Assembly: GCA_030651375.1 (NCBI GenBank)
Contig: JAUSFM010000006.1
Coordinates: 12,646-76,645 of the forward strand
DNA length: 64,000 nt
Source: Candidatus Woesearchaeota archaeon
Lineage (GTDB): Archaea; Nanobdellota; Nanobdellia; Woesearchaeales; UBA12501
Direction: 5' to 3'
The position numbers and the translations under genes are program-made. This document shows positions 60,201 through 64,000 of the stretch, piece after piece (within the stretch, counting starts at the first letter, position 1; every line of letters starts with the position of its first letter). The notes below the pieces were generated by a model. That model was not told the origin of the DNA and ran no database searches. It was given only the letters and a program-made list of their open reading frames with translations.

Positions 60201-60540
60201 CTACAAGCTGAACCTGAAAATTGAAGAGCAAACTGCACGGGCAGACCGCGAATTGTTCAACAATACTATCCTCGTCAAGCTCACCAAGCGCGGCTTTATC
60301 GGCCGATTGCTTGCCTACTGGCTCTACCTTGTCTTTGGCATCGTTATCCTGTTTGGCATACTATTCCTCATCACCTCCGAAGTGCGCAAGCGCCACAAGG
60401 CACTGCTTCAGCAGCTCGCGGTTGAGGTCAAGCAAAAAATCAACGTCGCTACACCGAAACAAACTACCAAACAAATCGCCTCAAAACAAAAAAAATCAAA
60501 ATACGCACTGCCGCCTACACGGCTGAAGCTGAAGGAATAA
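57286..60540 (+). CDS. Multi-pass membrane protein with several extracellular Ig-like domains
   Basis: VKNTGD-type beta sandwiches separated by TM helices and Lys-rich loops. Confidence 0.8.
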   Translation: MSSKNGIFHRAGILFPRSLLSYQSCRSYASFFIALLLIGVTILAALGLPASALREDFLALSQQKTLPVCGCSIRTNTVTVKNTGDITSVYELSQAGDAASWSTLTETRFSLKPGQVQDVAQFVRAPCSAEGASKNTITISTLFQTSKKIEQDFTVPVCNNIVVVPVRNSAVSCPAQPTQFSFMLANPLSYPEVYDVSVAPTTVSLTNGDAVLASKAISISEHSILLAPQQKKKILLFLQLPSTVYGDAAFALTVSTRNSGLQTTIPFRAVINQCYDFQLSLPASIKFCTEFENRLPLQLANTANIRNEYQLTAGIMTPEGASQEEYDLGAYALPGKVRQQVSTDLLVESEPGDYVLGVEATPTLGDLAKYAESPLEITYCDDNGKSLTPEEYDALQTVLEQPEPQPADETEAGTTEPTDTTDGTTEENPVSTAFVAFPIILVVIVLLLGIIAARKRKKLFLPATVPTYAHLIRAHAPTKKRKALIISVLAIVFVLLLLIGLLLVNSLSPPAESDESGNFTEELPVEEIEEPAPAEQPEEQLNVSTISEDETGEQPATSPLISILFILLIAFIGLLLVVLAYKIKKRRARLAIYNLGSSKGVSDKPFVLRTNILDVKDKAEKALRTPRKMKLLKWLGALFLVALLVLGGIGLATMLKSSHQNSIVSIDDSFAERAAALGVTFSGATIRIPAGGKEVTIPLVFRNIDDGTPRTVNMDFGIDWLKPSSTSVLLKPGREKTADLTIQSTAPTGSYTILFEVTNDKGELFAADELNLDIVGKNAWLPAAIGIIVGVLIIIVLLVIRKLKKKKPTTQIIGDETSMIETVAHHKLREAAEREAAAESVRRAALKEEKRAARRKKIKKTGISVGVLLLVALLTLGVFTLSRNYMITFNPSSAAPVEISAEEPVEYTLNVTGLTSVPIKILNKNKNIVYNITAESSEDWITFDLRSVVVEPQDSETITMLLAPHGGVKDGTYKLNLKIEEQTARADRELFNNTILVKLTKRGFIGRLLAYWLYLVFGIVILFGILFLITSEVRKRHKALLQQLAVEVKQKINVATPKQTTKQIASKQKKSKYALPPTRLKLKE

Positions 60541-60625
60541 GCATATACTCATCATCTCAACATAATCCCCGAAACTATATGCAAAAAAATTAAATATCCC
60601 TTATACTTTCCATCACGTGATTCCC

Positions 60626-61027
60626 ATGAAAACAAACCTCGGAAAAATAATCCTCAGCATTGTCATGTTCCTTGCTTCTCTTACTGCGGTTTCCGCATGG
60701 CATGATTCTTATATATACGATGGTCACGGCAGTTATTATTATCAATACGGTTACGACTCGTACCGGCCGCACACGAACACCGCATATAGCAGCATGGGCT
60801 ATTATTATCCGACCAATGATCTTGGCGATTACTGGAGTTATCCTCAATATTCGTACGGCTATGGATATTCCGGCTATTCAGCGTCATACAACATCAACTA
60901 CAACCGGCCGTACTACATGAATGACGGCGCCATGCGGTACTACGAAGGGGCGTATCCCCGCACTAATTATCCTGCGGGCGGCTATTGGCCGAACTATGCG
61001 CAGACGAGATATGAACGGTATTACTAA
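60626..61027 (+). CDS. Secreted Tyr-rich low-complexity protein
   Basis: Signal peptide ending VSA; about 32 Tyr in about 109 mature residues. Confidence 0.75.
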   Translation: MKTNLGKIILSIVMFLASLTAVSAWHDSYIYDGHGSYYYQYGYDSYRPHTNTAYSSMGYYYPTNDLGDYWSYPQYSYGYGYSGYSASYNINYNRPYYMNDGAMRYYEGAYPRTNYPAGGYWPNYAQTRYERYY

Positions 61028-61089
61028 TTACTCATACACGACCACTACTTTTATAAACCACCGCTTACCCTTCTTTTTTCTCTGCTTTC

Positions 61090-61173
61090 GCGGGCGTGCC
61101 GGAGCGGTCAAACGGGCTGGCTTCAGGAGCCAGTAGCTTAGTGCTTACGCAGGTTCGAGTCCTGCCGCCCGCA
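61090..61173 (+). tRNA. tRNA-Leu(CAG), canonical
   Basis: GCGGGCG/CGCCCGC-A73, CTGGC-TTCAGGA-GCCAG, long V-arm, TTCGAGT; TTTATAAA at 61050. Confidence 0.96.
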
Positions 61174-61237
61174 TATCTTTTTTATTCTCTCGTTTCTTTC
61201 CAAAAAGTATATAAACGAAGCAGCACTTTTTGCTGTT

Positions 61238-61507
61238 GGACAGGCTATGCCGGGAGGCTAGCTCTCTCCTGTTACCGAAAATGAGCTTTGTCGGGGCAGA
61301 AGCTGGCAAGCGGTGCCGCATGGCTGCACTGGTCCTGTTGGTGCCTATGAATTTCTGTCCTGCAGGACGGGTCCGTCGGGGAACCGTGTCAGGTCGGGAA
61401 CGAAGCAGCACTCACCTTTCGAATCAGTGCTTGCGGGGAAGCGGAAAGGAGAAGCCCACAGGGACGCTGGTGCAGTTGTTCCGCATCCATTGCTGGTGTG
61501 CCTGTCC
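61238..61507 (+). ncRNA. ffs: Signal recognition particle (7S) RNA
   Basis: Terminal helix GGACAGGC/GCCTGTCC; helix 8 GTGTCAGGTCG-GGAA-CGAAGCAGCAC; TATA upstream, T tract downstream. Confidence 0.92.
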
Positions 61508-61552
61508 ATTTTTTTATTAGTATTATCAATCTCATTATTTTTTTGTGAAACT

Positions 61553-61885
61553 ATGGCAACGATTGACGACTTTCAAAAGCTTGACATCCGCGTCGGAAAA
61601 ATTGTGCAGGTTGATGATTTTCCCGAAGCAAAGAAACCAGCGTACAAACTAAAAATCGATCTGGGAAAAGACATCGGGATTAAAGCATCCTGCGCCCAGC
61701 TGGTCGCGAATTATTCTAAAGAAGAACTGATGGGAAAACTCGTGCTGTGTGTGATGAATTTTCCCCCACGAAAAATCGGGCCAGCAGTATCAGACGTGCT
61801 GACGCTTGGCGTGCCGGATGAAAACGGAAATTGTATTCTGGTGGTGCCTGACAAAACAGTGCAGATTGGTGGACGGTTGTATTAA
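61553..61885 (+). CDS. csaA: CsaA / Trbp111-like tRNA-binding OB-fold protein
   Basis: DFQKLDIRVGKI, FPEAKKPAYKL, NFPPRKIG. Confidence 0.92.
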   Translation: MATIDDFQKLDIRVGKIVQVDDFPEAKKPAYKLKIDLGKDIGIKASCAQLVANYSKEELMGKLVLCVMNFPPRKIGPAVSDVLTLGVPDENGNCILVVPDKTVQIGGRLY

Positions 61886-61931
61886 CATTCTCTTCACAAA
61901 ATTTATATTCATCCTTTAGTTTTATCTTTGT

Positions 61932-62237
61932 ATGAAACTCCTCTTCATCTGCAACCAAAACAAGCACCGAAGTAAAACAGCCGAGAAGTTGTTTAAAGGC
62001 ACATTTGAAACAAAATCAGCAGGTCTCTACAATGAAAAGCCGGTGACTGCGCAGCAGCTGCGCTGGGCTGATGTCGTCGTCGTCATGGAAGACGCGCAAC
62101 GAACCGAACTATCGAAACGCTTTCCACAAGAATATCTCAAGAAACGTATTGTTTCTCTTGATATTCCGGACGTTTATTCGTATAATCAGCCACGCCTCAT
62201 TGCACTCCTTCAATCCCACTTACGACAGGTTTTGTAG
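61932..62237 (+). CDS. Low-molecular-weight PTP-like phosphatase
   Basis: LFICNQNKHRS (CX5R), SAG, WADVVVVME, LDIPD. Confidence 0.88.
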   Translation: MKLLFICNQNKHRSKTAEKLFKGTFETKSAGLYNEKPVTAQQLRWADVVVVMEDAQRTELSKRFPQEYLKKRIVSLDIPDVYSYNQPRLIALLQSHLRQVL

Positions 62238-62387
62238 CCATTCTTCAAGCTGTTTTTTTGCTTCATCTTTGTTTCTGAACATTTTTGTTTCAGCAACATG
62301 GAGTGCAGGAAGGCGCCGTGTCACCTTAAATAAGGCGCCACCATTTTTGAGCTCTTTGATTGAAATTTCCCATGCAAACATCTTCAT
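62220..62387 (-). CDS. Small hypothetical protein (55 aa)
   Basis: MKMFAWEISIKEL...FKVTRR...AETKMFRNKDEAKKQLEEWL; GAGGGG RBS; directly downstream of atypical tRNA B. Confidence 0.65.
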   Translation of the reverse strand: MKMFAWEISIKELKNGGALFKVTRRLPALHVAETKMFRNKDEAKKQLEEWLQNLS

Positions 62388-62419
62388 CCCCTCGAAATTA
62401 TTGCACTCAAAAATAAAGC

Positions 62420-62537
62420 CGTCGGGGCTGGGATTTTCACCCAAGGAGTTAAAGCCTCCAAGAGATTTTGAACCCAGAGGTCCTTGCGGACAAGAGAGTC
62501 TGAGTCTCTTCCCTTACCTGATTAGGGTTACCGCGGC
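62420..62537 (-). tRNA. Atypical type II tRNA B, anticodon CAG, 33-nt T-loop intron (62434-62466)
   Basis: GCCGCGG-TAA-CCCT-AATCAGGTA-AGGG-A-AGAGA-CTCAGAC-TCTCT; V-arm GTCC-GCAA-GGAC; BHB (TTCA/TGAA, AAA and AAT bulges) restores CTGGG-TTCAAAT-CCCAG; acceptor stem imperfect. Confidence 0.8.
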
Positions 62538-62545
62538 ATGATGAA

Positions 62546-62562
62546 CAAAAAGTTTATATATC
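62546..62562. promoter_or_regulatory. TATA element (AAAAAGTTTATATATC) between tRNA B and sRNA-3, possibly bidirectional
   Basis: 30 nt from TTTATA to the sRNA-3 start; reads TATATAAA toward tRNA B, where spacing is short. Confidence 0.7.
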
Positions 62563-62582
62563 TCTGTTCCATTTTACGTATC

Positions 62583-62610
62583 GGTCTGAGTCTCTTCCCT
62601 TCCTTTAGGG
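62583..62610 (+). ncRNA. Putative small RNA 3, antisense to atypical tRNA B
   Basis: 62584-62601 is identical to 62498-62515 (18 nt), then CCT-TTAGGG-TT matches across the D-loop with small gaps; ends in T8. Confidence 0.75.
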
Positions 62611-62621
62611 TTTTTTTTCTT

Positions 62622-63086
62622 TTATCTTCTCTCCCGATTATCATACGTATATTTCTGCACCAGCGTCCCCAGTTCATTGGACAAATACGCAGTATCTTTA
62701 TCATTGTTCCAGATCGGCTTGCCCGGGCTTCGCCAGTATGCGTCATGCGCTGAATCAGCTCCTGCGCCGGACCGAAGGCACACGATTTTTTCTATGTCGA
62801 GTGTGCGCGAAGGAAAGGTGTACCGATTTCCATCATCGTCGCGGACACTCCATCCGGTGATATCTATTTCCCTGTTGCAGCCGTTTTCAAGAACCACAAA
62901 TTCATCATTCAGGTTCTGGTTGTCTCTGCCGTGTGCATCGTACTGCACGCGGGCAACATAGACACAGGTGTTGACTACTGGCTGTTGCACGCCGCACCCG
63001 CTGACCGCGAGTGTGGCAGCGAGAAGCCCTTTTCCAATACTGTTTTTGATATGCGCAGCGAGGCCCGAGACTGTTTGTTGTGTCAT
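62622..63086 (-). CDS. Lamin-tail-domain (LTD) lipoprotein
   Basis: LAVSGC lipobox; NDEFVVLEN, DITGWSVRD, YTFP, IWNNDKD. Confidence 0.85.
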   Translation of the reverse strand: MTQQTVSGLAAHIKNSIGKGLLAATLAVSGCGVQQPVVNTCVYVARVQYDAHGRDNQNLNDEFVVLENGCNREIDITGWSVRDDDGNRYTFPSRTLDIEKIVCLRSGAGADSAHDAYWRSPGKPIWNNDKDTAYLSNELGTLVQKYTYDNRERR

Positions 63087-63136
63087 CTCGACACCTCCGT
63101 TTTCAAAAAGAGAAGATGCACGCCTTAATAAGCGCT

Positions 63137-63243
63137 CCGGCGAAAAATTCGGACGATTTCCGGCAGCACCGGAAGGTTTCCGGATACGGCGGAATATTTC
63201 CGAAAACCGCGAACAAATCCGGAAAGTATTCGGCTGTGCCGGA
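63137..63243. repeat. Degenerate 20-bp tandem palindromic repeat (CGGA-N5-TCCG), ~10-bp CGG periodicity
   Basis: Units start at 63150, 63170, 63190 and 63210. Confidence 0.65.
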
Positions 63244-63272
63244 ACGGGATTTTTTTATCGACGACAGAATTT

Positions 63273-64000
63273 TTATGCCGCGCGGCGCAAACTCTGCATA
63301 AACTCTCGTGTTGCCTTGTTGACGGTATCGCGATGTTCCGGCGGGCTAAACACAACGAAGAAATAGCGTGCTTCCGGCTTGCACAGTTCCGCGTACACAT
63401 CCTGCGCGCGGCGGTCATAAAACGGCGCGGTGCCGTCAAGCAGGTCAATAAGCGGGGTTACGTTGGTCACTCCCCCTCCCTGTTTTGCATACACCAACAA
63501 ATCCATCTTCTTTCGGTACTCATCGTTGGTTCGGGTTTTGACTGGGAACATGACCAGTACTTCATGGTTGGGAACACCGCTTCGTGCGGCTATTTCGTCA
63601 CGAATCACGTCTTCAGGAAATGGCACGTTCTGTGCTTGTTGTGCTGCTGCATAATTCTGCAATACAGTAAAATTGATCGTTTCCTCATCGTCATTCGTTC
63701 CTGTTAACATAGTTCGCATTCGATGGGACTGCAGAGTATACGCCATGGCGTACTTGAAGGGCCTTCCAAATGAGACATCCAGTGCGAGTTGCGCGCTTAT
63801 CGGATCATATTGTGTCAACAGCTCCAGCAGTTTGCTGTCAGTCAGTAGGTGAATCTCAATATCATTTTCGCGAAAGTAGCGCATACTTCGCTTCACTGCC
63901 TCGCACAGCATTGCTTCGAACTTCAATGTTGTTTTGTGCTTGTAGACATTATAATGCATGTACTTCCGCGCCGCTACCCATCGCGCGAGCGTGTCCAAGG
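63273..64000 (-). CDS. HD-domain phosphohydrolase (dNTPase/SAMHD1-like), C-terminal part
   Basis: ARKYMHYNVYKHKT..EAML, LTDSKLL; 5' end lies outside the window. Confidence 0.75.
   Translation of the reverse strand, partial: LDTLARWVAARKYMHYNVYKHKTTLKFEAMLCEAVKRSMRYFRENDIEIHLLTDSKLLELLTQYDPISAQLALDVSFGRPFKYAMAYTLQSHRMRTMLTGTNDDEETINFTVLQNYAAAQQAQNVPFPEDVIRDEIAARSGVPNHEVLVMFPVKTRTNDEYRKKMDLLVYAKQGGGVTNVTPLIDLLDGTAPFYDRRAQDVYAELCKPEARYFFVVFSPPEHRDTVNKATREFMQSLRRAA

Noticed and set aside
61167..61175. 9-nt complement between the sRNA-1 3' end and the tRNA-Leu 3' end
   Set aside because: A 9-mer match is plausible by chance in 128 kb of both strands; not counted as evidence.
63137..63243. CRISPR array
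   Set aside because: Period is 20 bp, the repeats are degenerate, there are no spacer-length inserts and no cas genes.

Overview
Archaeal genomic window, very probably DPANN/Woesearchaeota-like (fused PriS-PriL primase, Hef, RPA, and a large class III signal-peptide gene cluster). 1-14.2 kb: minus-strand S10/spc ribosomal protein operon (L3 to L15, secY, DUF106). 14.5-28 kb: mixed housekeeping and accessory genes. 28-55.5 kb: about 19 pilin-like genes plus giant Cys-rich/Ig-like surface proteins. 55.5-64 kb: Rpp30, TtuA, tRNA-Leu(CAG), SRP RNA, CsaA, LTD protein and a partial HD hydrolase. The most striking observation is a recurring non-coding module. Two atypical long-variable-arm tRNA genes (24854-24967 and 62420-62537, minus strand) both carry a CAG anticodon, a G discriminator and a BHB intron in the T-loop (59/60). 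Each lies next to its own TATA-driven, U-tract-terminated ~30-nt small RNA that is antisense to its anticodon loop and D-arm. A third such sRNA predicts another target elsewhere in the genome. A normal tRNA-Leu(CAG) is also present. All calls come from reading the sequence; no searches were run.
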